Below are positions 35,136 through 44,476 of a stretch of 64,000 nucleotides of DNA, piece by piece (the first letter of the stretch is position 1; the number at the start of each line of letters is the position of its first letter). The notes beneath the pieces were generated by a model, which made no database searches, was not told the origin of the DNA, and saw only the letters and a program-made list of their open reading frames with translations. The DNA comes from an uncultured Chloroflexia bacterium (GTDB lineage: Bacteria > Chloroflexota > Limnocylindria > Limnocylindrales > CSP1-4): positions 32,001-96,000 of the forward strand of contig CAVXPZ010000001.1 of NCBI GenBank assembly GCA_963763775.1. Reading direction: 5' to 3'. The position numbers and the translations under genes were made by a program.

Positions 35136-36752
35136 GTGACCGGCGACCCGCGCGCATTCCTCGCCCTCGACCGCGGAGCGGCCACTTCCGGCGCCGCCTT
35201 GATCGGCCGGGTCGGCGGCATGTGGCGGCTGCTCGGCTCCGTCGCCCTGCCTGCGGCCTCCGACCCCGATGCCGCCGTGGGCCTGCTCCTGCGCCGCGTG
35301 ATCGCCGCCGACCCTCGCCTCGCCCGACGCCTCGGCGTGGACACGGACGACGGTGGGCTGCTCCCGACGGTCACGGTGACCTCGGCTCGGCCACGACGGC
35401 TGGTCGTCGTCGCGGCCTCGGAGCGGGCGCTCGCCCCACTCGTCGCGTCGGCGGCGCGGAGCGGCTGGCGGACGATCGGCGTCAGCGCCGAGACGACCGA
35501 CCCGCTCGCGATGACGCGGCTCCTCCTCGACGAGGCCACCGACGGGATCCTGGCCGGTGCCGGTGACCCCCCCGGGGCCGACGAGCGCGGGCCGCTCGCC
35601 GAGCTCACGGCGCTCGTGGGCGCGGCGGCGCGTCGGCGGCCCGAACGGCTGGTGGTCCTCGCCGGCGCCATGGCCGAGTCGACCGCGGCCTTCGGCGACC
35701 TGAACACCCGTGACGGCGAGACGCTCCTGGCGCCGGCCGCGCACCCGGGTGTCGAGGGGGCACCGCTGCGCGACCTGCTCAGTGCCCTCGCGCTCCCGGC
35801 CGACGACGCCCGCCGCGCGCTCGGGCCGGCGCTGCTCACCCTCGCGACCGTCCTGGAGCGCCGGGTCGAACTCGTGGAGATCGGCTTCAACGGGGGCGTG
35901 CGGGCGACCGCGACCCCCGGCGGGCCGTCCGAGGGCCCCAGCGCCGACGTGGCGATCGTCCCGACCGCCCGGCTCGCGCCGTCGGACCCCGACGACGCCA
36001 CCGTCGATCGAGTACTGGCCTGGACGACGGTGCCTTCGGACCGCCATCGGCTCCGCGACCGGCTGCGCGAGCTGCGGATCGCCCCGTGGTCGGACCTGAC
36101 CGGGGACGGTGCCGCCCTCAGGATGGCCGCCGCGCGGGCCGCCCTCGCCCGGCTCGCCGAGGCGACACCCGAATTCGATGCCGCGCCCGCCCCCGACATG
36201 ATCGTCGCGGCGGGTGGCGTCTGGGCGATCGCCCCGGCGCCGGTCGTCGCCCTCGCGCTCGCGGACGTGCTGCGACGGCCAGGGGCGTCGAGCTACGCGC
36301 TCGACCACGCCCGGCTCCTCGGGCCGCTGGGGTCGATCCCGGACGTCGAGGAGCGGCGGGCCGTGATCACGGACCTCGCCGACGACCTGCTGGCGCCGCT
36401 CGGCAGCGTCGTGACGCCCTCGGGCCTCCGGTCCGGACGAAGTGCGGGCACGCTCACGGTCCACGGTCGCACCGGCCCGGCGCGTCGTGGAGGGCCGATC
36501 GACCTGGTCCCCGGCGGCATCGAGGTCGTGGACCTCCCGCCCGGTTCGAGCGCTACCGCGGAGTTCCAGTTCCGCGACACCGTGCGGCTCGGCGGCCGCG
36601 GGCGGCACTTCGCCGTCGACGTGGTGGGCGGGCTGGCCGGTCTCGTGGTCGACCTGCGCGACGTCCCGATGCGGCTCCCCGAACGGGCCGACCTCCGCCG
36701 CGAGTTGCTCGACGCGTGGCAGACCACGGTCGCGAGCGGGATCCGCCGGTGA
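35136..36752 (+). CDS. GlmL/MutL (glutamate mutase L)-like actin-fold protein, degenerate
   Basis: N-terminal AFLALDRGAATSGAALIGRVGGMWRLLG resembles ASKHA phosphate-1 strand; DMIVAAGGV; C-terminal GGLAGLVVDLRDVPMRLP...W; family recognised from recall, not searched. Confidence 0.65.
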   Translation: MTGDPRAFLALDRGAATSGAALIGRVGGMWRLLGSVALPAASDPDAAVGLLLRRVIAADPRLARRLGVDTDDGGLLPTVTVTSARPRRLVVVAASERALAPLVASAARSGWRTIGVSAETTDPLAMTRLLLDEATDGILAGAGDPPGADERGPLAELTALVGAAARRRPERLVVLAGAMAESTAAFGDLNTRDGETLLAPAAHPGVEGAPLRDLLSALALPADDARRALGPALLTLATVLERRVELVEIGFNGGVRATATPGGPSEGPSADVAIVPTARLAPSDPDDATVDRVLAWTTVPSDRHRLRDRLRELRIAPWSDLTGDGAALRMAAARAALARLAEATPEFDAAPAPDMIVAAGGVWAIAPAPVVALALADVLRRPGASSYALDHARLLGPLGSIPDVEERRAVITDLADDLLAPLGSVVTPSGLRSGRSAGTLTVHGRTGPARRGGPIDLVPGGIEVVDLPPGSSATAEFQFRDTVRLGGRGRHFAVDVVGGLAGLVVDLRDVPMRLPERADLRRELLDAWQTTVASGIRR

Positions 36753-37792
36753 ACGGCGAGCGCCGGAGCGCCGGGGAGCGGGATCCGGACATCGGCCTGG
36801 TCCCGTCCCGACCGCTCATCGAGTCGCCGATCGACGCGGTGTTCGCCCTGTCGCCGGGCGACCGGGCGCTCGTCGAGGCCGGCGGTTCCGTGGTCGTGGG
36901 TGCCCCGATCGCCGAACGGCTTCGGGACCCGCGGCTGGAGGACAAGTCGGTGTCCGAGCCGGTCGAGCCGCGGCCCGGCGACCGCTGGCACGCCCTGGGC
37001 GGTCGGGTCGTCGCGCCGCCGTCGCCCGGGGCGCCACGCGGCTCACCCGGCGGCGAGTACCTCTTCCCGTGGAAGGGCCGCTGGCGCGTCGCCACCGGCG
37101 ACATCATGGATCCGGTCGAGACGCCGGTCGCGGGCATCGTCCGCGAGGTGCGCCCGGGGACGTCCATCACCATCCGGGCCGCCGGACGCGGCATCCGCGG
37201 GATCGTGGCCCTCGGCGGGCCGACACGGGGACGGCTCAGCCTCGCCTCGGGACCCGACGGCGGCCTGCGCCCGGGCGCCCTCGATGTCGGGATGGCCGGT
37301 TCCATCCTCATCGTGGATGCGCGCGTCGATGCCGAGACGCTCACCCGTGCCCGCGCCATGGGCGTCCGGGGGATCGTGGTCGCCGGCCTCGCGAGCAAGG
37401 AGCGGCGCGACTTCCTGGCCTCGGAGGCCCGGCAGCGCGCCGCGCTCCATCGACTCCCGCCCTATGCCGTCCTGGTCATGGAGGGGGCGACCCGTCGGCC
37501 GATGGCCGGCCAGATCATGGCGCTCTTCGCGTCCCTCGCCGGCCGCGAGGCGGCGATCGTCTCCGACCCGCCGATGCTGGTGTTCGACGCCCCGGACCTG
37601 CGGGTCCCGACACCGAGCCCGGACCTGGTGCGGATCCGCGCCGGCGCGCTGATCGGGCAGGAGGCCCGCTGGGTCGGCGCCGCCGGCCGTCGGCGGTTCA
37701 GCAGCGGCGTGGACCTCGAGGCGGGGCACGTCCGGCTCAGCGACGGCGGCACGGTCGCCATCCCGCTCGGGGACCTGGAGCGGTTCGTCTGA
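36749..37792 (+). CDS. Hypothetical protein with barrel-sandwich-hybrid-like hairpins and C-terminal KOW/SH3-like domain
   Basis: GTGA overlap with upstream gene; LVEAGGSVVVGAPIAE, TPVAGIVREV, ARAMGVRGIVVAG, VRLSDGGTVAIPLGDLE. Confidence 0.7.
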   Translation: MNGERRSAGERDPDIGLVPSRPLIESPIDAVFALSPGDRALVEAGGSVVVGAPIAERLRDPRLEDKSVSEPVEPRPGDRWHALGGRVVAPPSPGAPRGSPGGEYLFPWKGRWRVATGDIMDPVETPVAGIVREVRPGTSITIRAAGRGIRGIVALGGPTRGRLSLASGPDGGLRPGALDVGMAGSILIVDARVDAETLTRARAMGVRGIVVAGLASKERRDFLASEARQRAALHRLPPYAVLVMEGATRRPMAGQIMALFASLAGREAAIVSDPPMLVFDAPDLRVPTPSPDLVRIRAGALIGQEARWVGAAGRRRFSSGVDLEAGHVRLSDGGTVAIPLGDLERFV

Positions 37793-37833
37793 CCGTCGGG
37801 CATCACGCTCGTCCTTCCGCTACCCTCGGGCGG

Positions 37834-38307
37834 ATGGCCGCGATCGCCGCACGCACCCGCCGGGTCACGGCACCCGACCCCGACGCCACTTCGGCCCTCG
37901 GCCGCTCGCTCGCGAGCGCCGCGCACCCCGGTGACCTCGTGTGCCTGTGGGGCGACCTCGGGGCGGGCAAGACGCACCTCGCCAAGGCGTTCGGGGCCGG
38001 TCTCGGGGTGACCGACACGATCACGTCCCCGAGTTTCGTGCTCATGGCCGAGTACGACGGCCGTCTGCCGCTCTTCCACGTCGACCTCTACCGGCTCGCC
38101 GACGCGAGCGAGGCCATCGCGGGCGGCCTCCTCGACGATCGCTGGTCGGGCGGGGTCACCCTCATCGAGTGGCCGGACCGGATGGGCGCGGCGTTGCCGC
38201 CGGAGCGGCTCGACGTCGTGATCGACGGGTCCGGCGACGATCCCCGGGAGATCCGCCTCACCGCGCACGGGACACGGCATGCCGGGTACCTGGACGTCCT
38301 CGGATGA
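37834..38307 (+). CDS. tsaE: t6A biosynthesis ATPase TsaE
   Basis: GDLGAGKT, TSPSFVL, HVDLYRL, LIEWPD. Confidence 0.95.
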   Translation: MAAIAARTRRVTAPDPDATSALGRSLASAAHPGDLVCLWGDLGAGKTHLAKAFGAGLGVTDTITSPSFVLMAEYDGRLPLFHVDLYRLADASEAIAGGLLDDRWSGGVTLIEWPDRMGAALPPERLDVVIDGSGDDPREIRLTAHGTRHAGYLDVLG

Positions 38308-38987
38308 GCGGCCCGATCCTGCTGGTGATCGACAGCGCGACCACGCGCATCGTGGTGGCGACCGGCGCCATGGACGGACGGCCGATCGACATCGCGGCCT
38401 GGCCAGCCGGGTACCGACACGGCGAGACCCTCCTGCCGGCGGTCGAGCGGCTGCTGGCCGACGGCGCCCACACACGCCGCGACATCGGCGCGGTCGTCGT
38501 GGGGACCGGCCCCGGCGCGTTCACGGGGCTCAGGGTGGGGATCGCGACCGCCAAGGGGCTCGCGCACGGGCTGGGTTGCCCGATCGTCGGGGTGGCGACC
38601 GGGGACGCCCTCCTCGCCGCCGCGGCGGCCGACATCGACATCGATCCCGAGCGGCTGACCCTCCTGTTGCCCGCCGGACCGGCTGACCGCATCGAGGTCC
38701 GCGCCGGGGCCGCGCCGGCCCTGCTGCCCGCGGGCGTGGAGCCGGCGCACGTCCCCGACGGGGTGCTGGTGGCGGTCGATCTCGAGGACCGGGCGCCGGC
38801 CGACGCCGTCGCCCGGGGCGATCGCGCCCGCGACGGGTTGGCGGTGGCCATGCTTCGGGCCGCGGCCGCGAGGCTCGCCGCGGGCGACTCGGACGACCTC
38901 GCCCGGCTCGTGCCGGAATACGTGACCCTGCCGCGCGGCGCGGCCCCACCGAGCGGGGAGGTGACATGGTCGCGCGACCCCCGGTGA
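38304..38987 (+). CDS. tsaB: t6A biosynthesis protein TsaB
   Basis: LVIDSAT, HGETLLP, GTGPGAFTGLRVGIATAKGL. Confidence 0.93.
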   Translation: MSGPILLVIDSATTRIVVATGAMDGRPIDIAAWPAGYRHGETLLPAVERLLADGAHTRRDIGAVVVGTGPGAFTGLRVGIATAKGLAHGLGCPIVGVATGDALLAAAAADIDIDPERLTLLLPAGPADRIEVRAGAAPALLPAGVEPAHVPDGVLVAVDLEDRAPADAVARGDRARDGLAVAMLRAAAARLAAGDSDDLARLVPEYVTLPRGAAPPSGEVTWSRDPR

Positions 38988-39556
38988 GGGTCCGGATCGA
39001 GCCGATGCGGCTCGACGACCTCGACGCCGTGCACGCCATCGAGCGCGCGAGCTTCGCCGCCCCGTGGCCGGAGAACGCCTACCGCAGCGAGCTCGAATCG
39101 AACCGGCTCGCCTCGTACCTCGTCGCGCGGGCCGACGACGAGATCGTCGGATACGGCGGGATGTGGCTGATGGTCGATGAGGCCCACATCACGACCTTCG
39201 CGATCCACCCTGCCTGGCGACGACAGGGGATCGGCGAACGCCTGTTATTGGCCTTCCTGGACCTCGCGACCGATCGTCACGCCCGGGAGGCGACGCTCGA
39301 GGTCCGTCTCTCGAACCTGCCGGCGCGGCGGCTCTACGAGAAGTACGGGTTCCGGCCGGTCGGCCTGCGGCCGCGCTACTACAGCGACGACCACGAAGAC
39401 GCGCTGATCATGACGACCGACCCGCTCACCGACCCAGCGATGCGCGACCGGATCGCCCGCCTACGCGAGGGTCTCGACGCCGCGCCGGCGCCGACCGGTC
39501 CCGACGATGCGGACGAGCCGGCAGGGGCGGACGACGGCGCGGGCGGCGCGACGTGA
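38966..39556 (+). CDS. rimI: Ribosomal-protein alanine N-acetyltransferase
   Basis: IERASFAAPW, TLEVRLSN...LYEKYGF, RYYSDDHEDALIM. Confidence 0.93.
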   Translation: MVARPPVRVRIEPMRLDDLDAVHAIERASFAAPWPENAYRSELESNRLASYLVARADDEIVGYGGMWLMVDEAHITTFAIHPAWRRQGIGERLLLAFLDLATDRHAREATLEVRLSNLPARRLYEKYGFRPVGLRPRYYSDDHEDALIMTTDPLTDPAMRDRIARLREGLDAAPAPTGPDDADEPAGADDGAGGAT

Positions 39557-40617
39557 GCGGCCCGCTCGTCCTCGCGATCGAGTCGTCGTGCGACGAGACC
39601 GGCGTCGCCCTCATCGAGGGCGGCCGCACGATCCTCGGCAACGTCATCGCGTCGCAGGTCGCGCTCCACGCCGCCTCGGGCGGGATCGTCCCTGAGGTCG
39701 CCGCCAGGGCGCATCTGCGCTGGATCGTCCCGGTGCTCGACGAGGCGTGGGCGGACGCCGGCGTCGCCTGGTCGGACATCGACGCCGTCGCGGTCACGTA
39801 CGGCCCCGGGCTCGCGGGTTCGCTGCTGGTGGGCATCAACATGGCGAAGGCGCTCGCCTGGGTCCACGACGTCCCGCTCGTCGGCGTCAACCACCTCGAG
39901 GGGCACGTCTACGCCGCGTGGCTGGCCGACCCCGGGGCGGAGGACGTCGCGGACCCGGTCTTCCCGCTCGTGGCGCTCGTGGTCTCCGGCGGCCACACCT
40001 TCCTCGCGGAGATGCGCGACCACCTGAGCTACCGGCTGCTGGGAACCACCGTGGACGACGCCGCGGGTGAGGCGTTCGACAAGGTCGGACGGCTGCTGGG
40101 CCTGGGCTACCCGGGCGGACCGGCGATCTCCCGCGCGGCGGAGGCGGCCGTCGATCGGGACCGGGCCTTCCCGCGCGCCTGGCTCGGCGACTCCTACGAC
40201 TTCAGCTTCTCGGGGCTCAAGACGGCCGCCCGGCGGATCGTGACGAGTGCCCGGATCGAGGCAGGCCTCGCCGATGACCCGGCGGCCGCGCTCCCGGACG
40301 CGGTCGTGGCCGAGCTGTCGTGGGGGTTCCAGGACGCGGTGGTCGACGTCCTGGTGACCAAGACGATCCGCGCCGCGCGGGCGACCGGGGCCCGGTCGAT
40401 CGTGCTGGGCGGCGGCGTCGCCGCCAACGCAGCGCTGCGCACGCGCTTGGCTGGAGAGGCCGAGGCGATGGGGCTCCCGTTGATCGTCCCGCGTCCGAGC
40501 CTGTGCACGGACAACGGCGCGATGATCGGCGCGGCGGGCGCCCGCCGGTTCGAGGCGGGAGAGCGGTCCGGGCTCGACCTGGACGCGCGCCCGTCGCTGC
40601 CGCTCGCCCGGCGATGA
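39553..40617 (+). CDS. tsaD: t6A carbamoyltransferase TsaD
   Basis: IESSCDETG, NHLEGH, VSGGHT, DDAAGEAFDK, CTDNGAMIG. Confidence 0.96.
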   Translation: MSGPLVLAIESSCDETGVALIEGGRTILGNVIASQVALHAASGGIVPEVAARAHLRWIVPVLDEAWADAGVAWSDIDAVAVTYGPGLAGSLLVGINMAKALAWVHDVPLVGVNHLEGHVYAAWLADPGAEDVADPVFPLVALVVSGGHTFLAEMRDHLSYRLLGTTVDDAAGEAFDKVGRLLGLGYPGGPAISRAAEAAVDRDRAFPRAWLGDSYDFSFSGLKTAARRIVTSARIEAGLADDPAAALPDAVVAELSWGFQDAVVDVLVTKTIRAARATGARSIVLGGGVAANAALRTRLAGEAEAMGLPLIVPRPSLCTDNGAMIGAAGARRFEAGERSGLDLDARPSLPLARR

Positions 40618-41495
40618 CCCCGTCCGCGCGTCCGCCCCTGGATCCGGCGGACGTCCGCGCGACCCTCCGCGCCGCGGGCCTGCGGGCCCGCCATTCGCTG
40701 TCGCAGAACTTCCTGGCGGACGTCGACGTCCTCGACGGGATCCTCGCCGAGGCCTCGCCCATCCCGGGTGATCGCGTGCTGGAGGTCGGCCCCGGGCTCG
40801 GCCTCCTCACCGGCGGCTTGCTGGCGAGTGGCGCCACGGTGACCGCCGTCGAGCTCGATCGAGGCCTCGCGGCCTTCCTGCGGGAGCGCTTCACCGACGC
40901 GATCGACGCGGGCGCGTTGCGGCTGGTCGAGGGTGACGCGCTGGACCAGGATCTCACCCACCTGGTCGAGCCGCCCTACGACGTGGTCGCGAACCTGCCG
41001 TACCACATCACCAGCCCCATCCTGCACGCCTTCCTCGGGGCGCCGCCGCGTCCGGCGCGACTGGTGCTGATGGTCCAGCGCGAGGTGGCCGACCGGATCG
41101 CGGCCCCGCCCGGCAAGATGAGCTACCTGTCGGTGTTCGTGCAGTACCACGCGCGGGTCCGGGTGGCGTTCCCCGTCTCGCCCGACGCCTTCGAGCCCGA
41201 GCCGGCCGTGGCCTCCGCCGTCATCGTGGTCGAGCCGTACGACCTCGACGACCGGCTGACGCCCGACGAGGAGGACGAGCTCTGGCGGCTCGTGCAGGCG
41301 GGGTTCCGCGAGCGCCGGAAGATGCTCCACAACGTGCTGACACGCCAGCTCCGCCTCGACCACACGCGCGTCGACGCGGCGCTGGCCGAGGTCGGGATCG
41401 AGCCCGACCGGCGCCCGCAGACCCTGGCCGTGGGCGAGTGGCTGGCCCTGCGCGAGGTCCTGACCCCGATCCCGGGCGACGGTCGCGGCCGATGA
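40614..41495 (+). CDS. rsmA: 16S rRNA adenine dimethyltransferase KsgA
   Basis: LSQNFL, EVGPGLG, VANLPYHITSP, MVQREVA. Confidence 0.95.
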   Translation: MTPSARPPLDPADVRATLRAAGLRARHSLSQNFLADVDVLDGILAEASPIPGDRVLEVGPGLGLLTGGLLASGATVTAVELDRGLAAFLRERFTDAIDAGALRLVEGDALDQDLTHLVEPPYDVVANLPYHITSPILHAFLGAPPRPARLVLMVQREVADRIAAPPGKMSYLSVFVQYHARVRVAFPVSPDAFEPEPAVASAVIVVEPYDLDDRLTPDEEDELWRLVQAGFRERRKMLHNVLTRQLRLDHTRVDAALAEVGIEPDRRPQTLAVGEWLALREVLTPIPGDGRGR

Positions 41496-41535
41496 CGACC
41501 GGCCAGCCGGCGGGCCGCTGCGGCCGCCGCGACCG

Positions 41536-42547
41536 ATGACGAGTGCCGACGACCCGACGCGGCGACTGACGCCGGTCGTCCGGCTCGCACCGGCGAAGCT
41601 CAACCTGTCCCTCGCCGTGGTCGGGCGCCGGCACGACGGCTTCCACGAGCTCCACTCGGTCTTCGTGCCGCTCGGGCTCGCGGACCGGCTCAGCCTGGCC
41701 CCGGCGGGGGCACGCACCGACACGCTGCATGTCCGAGGGTTCGACGCGGGACCGACTGGCCGACAACGTCGTCCTTCGGGCGCTCGTGGCCACGCGCGCG
41801 GCCGTCGGCGGTGGGTGGCCCGGAGGCCCGGGCCCGGCCCCGGCCCTCGCCGCCCGGCTCGAGAAGCGGATCCCGGTCGCCGCGGGCCTCGCGGGCGGTT
41901 CCTCCGATGCCGCCGCGACGATCGACGGCGCGCTCGAAGCCTGGGGCGCCGCCCTGGACCCCGAGACCGTGTCGCGGGTCGCGGCCGGCATCGGGTCGGA
42001 CGTGCCGTTCTTCGCGGCTGGCGGCCCGGCCCTCATCGAGGGGCGTGGCGAGCGCGTGGCCCCGCTGGGCGGGCTGCGCGGCCACCCGGCGGTCCTCCTG
42101 GTGACCCCCGATGTCGCGGTCTCGACCCGTGACGTGTTCGCGGCCTTTGACGCCCTGCGCCCCGGCGGCGGGGACGGCTCGGTCCGGATGTCGTCGGCCC
42201 ACCTGGCCGAGGAGCTCCGGTCGGGCCTCGGGGCATCCGACCTGGTCGCCCGTGCCGGCGTGCTCGCGATGGCCAACGACCTGCTCCCGGCGGCCGCCGC
42301 CGTACTCCCGTCGCTCGTGCCGTTCCGGCGAGCGGTCAGCCGCCGCCTGCGCCGGCCCGTCGGCCTGTCGGGCTCCGGCCCGACGCTCTGGGCGCTCTAT
42401 GCTTCGGAGGCGGAGGCCGCGGCCGCCGCGGAAGAGGTCCGCGCCGGGATCGCCGACGGGACGCTCGTCGCGCCAGGGGGACCGGCGCCGTTCATCACCG
42501 CCACGACCATCGTCACCCATCGCATCGAAGGGGAGCCAACGCCATGA
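41536..42547 (+). CDS. ispE: 4-diphosphocytidyl-2C-methyl-D-erythritol kinase (apparent +1 frameshift at ~41755)
   Basis: APAKLNLSLAV...DGFHEL in the first frame; KRIPVAAGLAGGSSDAA, GSDVPF, LSGSGPT in the next frame. Confidence 0.9.
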
Positions 42548-42936
42548 CGCGATCGGCCATCTCGACCAATGCCGCTCCGGCCGCCCTCGGGCCCTACAGC
42601 CAGGCCATCACCGCGGGCGACCTCGTGTTCTGCGCCGGGCAGGGCGCCATCGACCCGGCGACGAACGACGTGGAGACCGGGACGATCGAGGAGGAGACGC
42701 GCCGGACGCTGCGGAACGTCGGCGCGATCCTCGACGCGGCGGGCGTCGGGTTCGCCGACGTCGTCAAGACGACGGTCTTCCTGACCGACCTCGCCGACTT
42801 CGCGGCGATGAACGCGGTCTATGCGACGTTCTTCCCGGACCCGCCGCCGGCGCGCTCGACGGTCCAGGTCGCGGCCCTGCCAAAGGGGTTCAAGGTCGAG
42901 ATCGAGGTGGTCGCCTACAGGCCGCGGGTCGGTTGA
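42544..42936 (+). CDS. ridA: RidA family reactive intermediate deaminase
   Basis: APAALGPYSQA, MNAVYATFF, PARSTVQVAALP, VEIE. Confidence 0.92.
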   Translation: MTRSAISTNAAPAALGPYSQAITAGDLVFCAGQGAIDPATNDVETGTIEEETRRTLRNVGAILDAAGVGFADVVKTTVFLTDLADFAAMNAVYATFFPDPPPARSTVQVAALPKGFKVEIEVVAYRPRVG

Positions 42937-42962
42937 CACCCCGAACGGGCCACCCATACCAT
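42933..42962 (+). promoter_or_regulatory. Putative sigma70 promoter for glmU
   Basis: TTGACA-18 nt-TACCAT. Confidence 0.5.
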
Positions 42963-43063
42963 GCCGGGACCCGATCGATGACATCCGACCCACCAGCGCC
43001 CCGCCCAGCGCGCGTCGCGACCGACGTCCGTCGCGCGACCCCGGCCAGCCGGCGCCGACCCAC

Positions 43064-44476
43064 GTGACCCATCCCGGGACGACGACCCCGAGCGGCCCTG
43101 CCGCCATCGTCCTCGCCGCCGGCCTCGGCACGCGCATGCACTCGTCACGGCCGAAGGTGCTCCACCAGCTCTGCGGCCGTCCGATGCTCGCCTACGTGCT
43201 CGACGCGTGGGCCAGCACCGCGGATGGCGCCGCGGCGCCATCGCCGATCGTCGTCTACTCGCCATCCGTCGCCGACGTCGTCGAGGCGTTCGCCGATCGG
43301 GCGACCTTCGCCCTCCAGGACGTGCCGCGGGGCACGGGGGACGCGGTCCGCGTCGCCATCGACGGGGTCGCCGACGACGCGACCGAGGTCCTGATCATGT
43401 ACGGCGACGTCCCGCTCATGACCGGCTCGGACCTCGAGGCCGTGCTGGAGGCGCGTCGCGCCGACGATGCGGCCATCGCACTGGCCAGCGTGTTCTCGGC
43501 CGATCCCGCGTCGCTCGGACGTGTGGTCCGCGGCGAGTTCGGCACGGTGGAACGCATCGTCGAAGCGAAGGACGCGACGCCGGACGAGCTCGAGACCAAT
43601 GAGACGAACGCCGGCCTCTACGCGGTCGACGCCGCGTGGCTGCGCCGCCGCATCGGCTCGCTGACGCCGTCGGCGACCACCGGGGAGCTCTACCTGACCG
43701 ACCTCGTCGCCCTGGCCCGCGAGGACGGGCGCCTCGTGACCGCGGTGGCCTTCGAGGACGACGGGCGATTCGACGGCATCAACGACCGGAGCCAGCTCGC
43801 GGCGGCCGAGTGGAGCCTGCGGGTCCGGCTGAACGAGGCCCACATGCGGGCCGGGGTGACGATGCGCGACCCCTCGACGGTCTACCTCGACTGGACCGTC
43901 GACCTGGCCCCGGACGTCACCATCGAGCCGAACGTCATCCTCCGCGGCGCGACGAGCGTCGGGGCCGGGACCGTCATCGGCGCGGGAACCCAGATCGTGG
44001 ACTCGACGGTCGGCGAGCGGGCGTCGGTCTGGGCGAGCATCGTCGAGCGCTCGGTCATCGAGGACGAGGCCACGGTCGGCCCGTTCAGCCACCTGCGCCC
44101 CGGCTCGGTCGTCGGCCGCGGTGCCGAGGTCGGCAACTACGCGGAGCTGAAGAACACGAGGCTCGGGGCGCGCTCGAAGCAGCACCACATGAGCTATCTC
44201 GGCGACGCCGAGGTCGGCGAAGGGGTGAACGTCGGCGCCGGCACGATCACGGCCAACTACGACGGCCGCCAGAAGCACCACACCACGATCGGTGCCGGCG
44301 CGTTCCTCGGGGTCGACACCATGCTCGTGGCGCCGATCGAGGTCGGCGAGGGCGCCAAGACCGGCGCCGGCGCCGTCGTCACGAAGGACGTCCCGGCAGG
44401 CAAGCTCGCGGTCGGCGTGCCGGCACGGATCCGCGAGCCCCGGGCCAAACCCGCCGGCGGGGACTCGAAGGGGTGA
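43064..44476 (+). CDS. glmU: Bifunctional UDP-GlcNAc pyrophosphorylase/acetyltransferase
   Basis: VLAAGLGTRM...PKVLH, YGDVP, YLTD, hexapeptide repeats, HMSYLGDA, NYDG; start approximate. Confidence 0.95.
   Translation: MTHPGTTTPSGPAAIVLAAGLGTRMHSSRPKVLHQLCGRPMLAYVLDAWASTADGAAAPSPIVVYSPSVADVVEAFADRATFALQDVPRGTGDAVRVAIDGVADDATEVLIMYGDVPLMTGSDLEAVLEARRADDAAIALASVFSADPASLGRVVRGEFGTVERIVEAKDATPDELETNETNAGLYAVDAAWLRRRIGSLTPSATTGELYLTDLVALAREDGRLVTAVAFEDDGRFDGINDRSQLAAAEWSLRVRLNEAHMRAGVTMRDPSTVYLDWTVDLAPDVTIEPNVILRGATSVGAGTVIGAGTQIVDSTVGERASVWASIVERSVIEDEATVGPFSHLRPGSVVGRGAEVGNYAELKNTRLGARSKQHHMSYLGDAEVGEGVNVGAGTITANYDGRQKHHTTIGAGAFLGVDTMLVAPIEVGEGAKTGAGAVVTKDVPAGKLAVGVPARIREPRAKPAGGDSKG

Noticed and set aside
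32151-36608. 1485-aa minus-strand ORF and many other long antisense ORFs
   Set aside because: Shadow ORFs caused by high GC and codon bias; they overlap clearly identified plus-strand genes and show no domain motifs
29524-36752. glmS plus GlmL-like gene as a glutamate mutase operon
   Set aside because: Name coincidence only: this glmS is glucosamine-6-phosphate synthase, not the B12-binding mutase subunit
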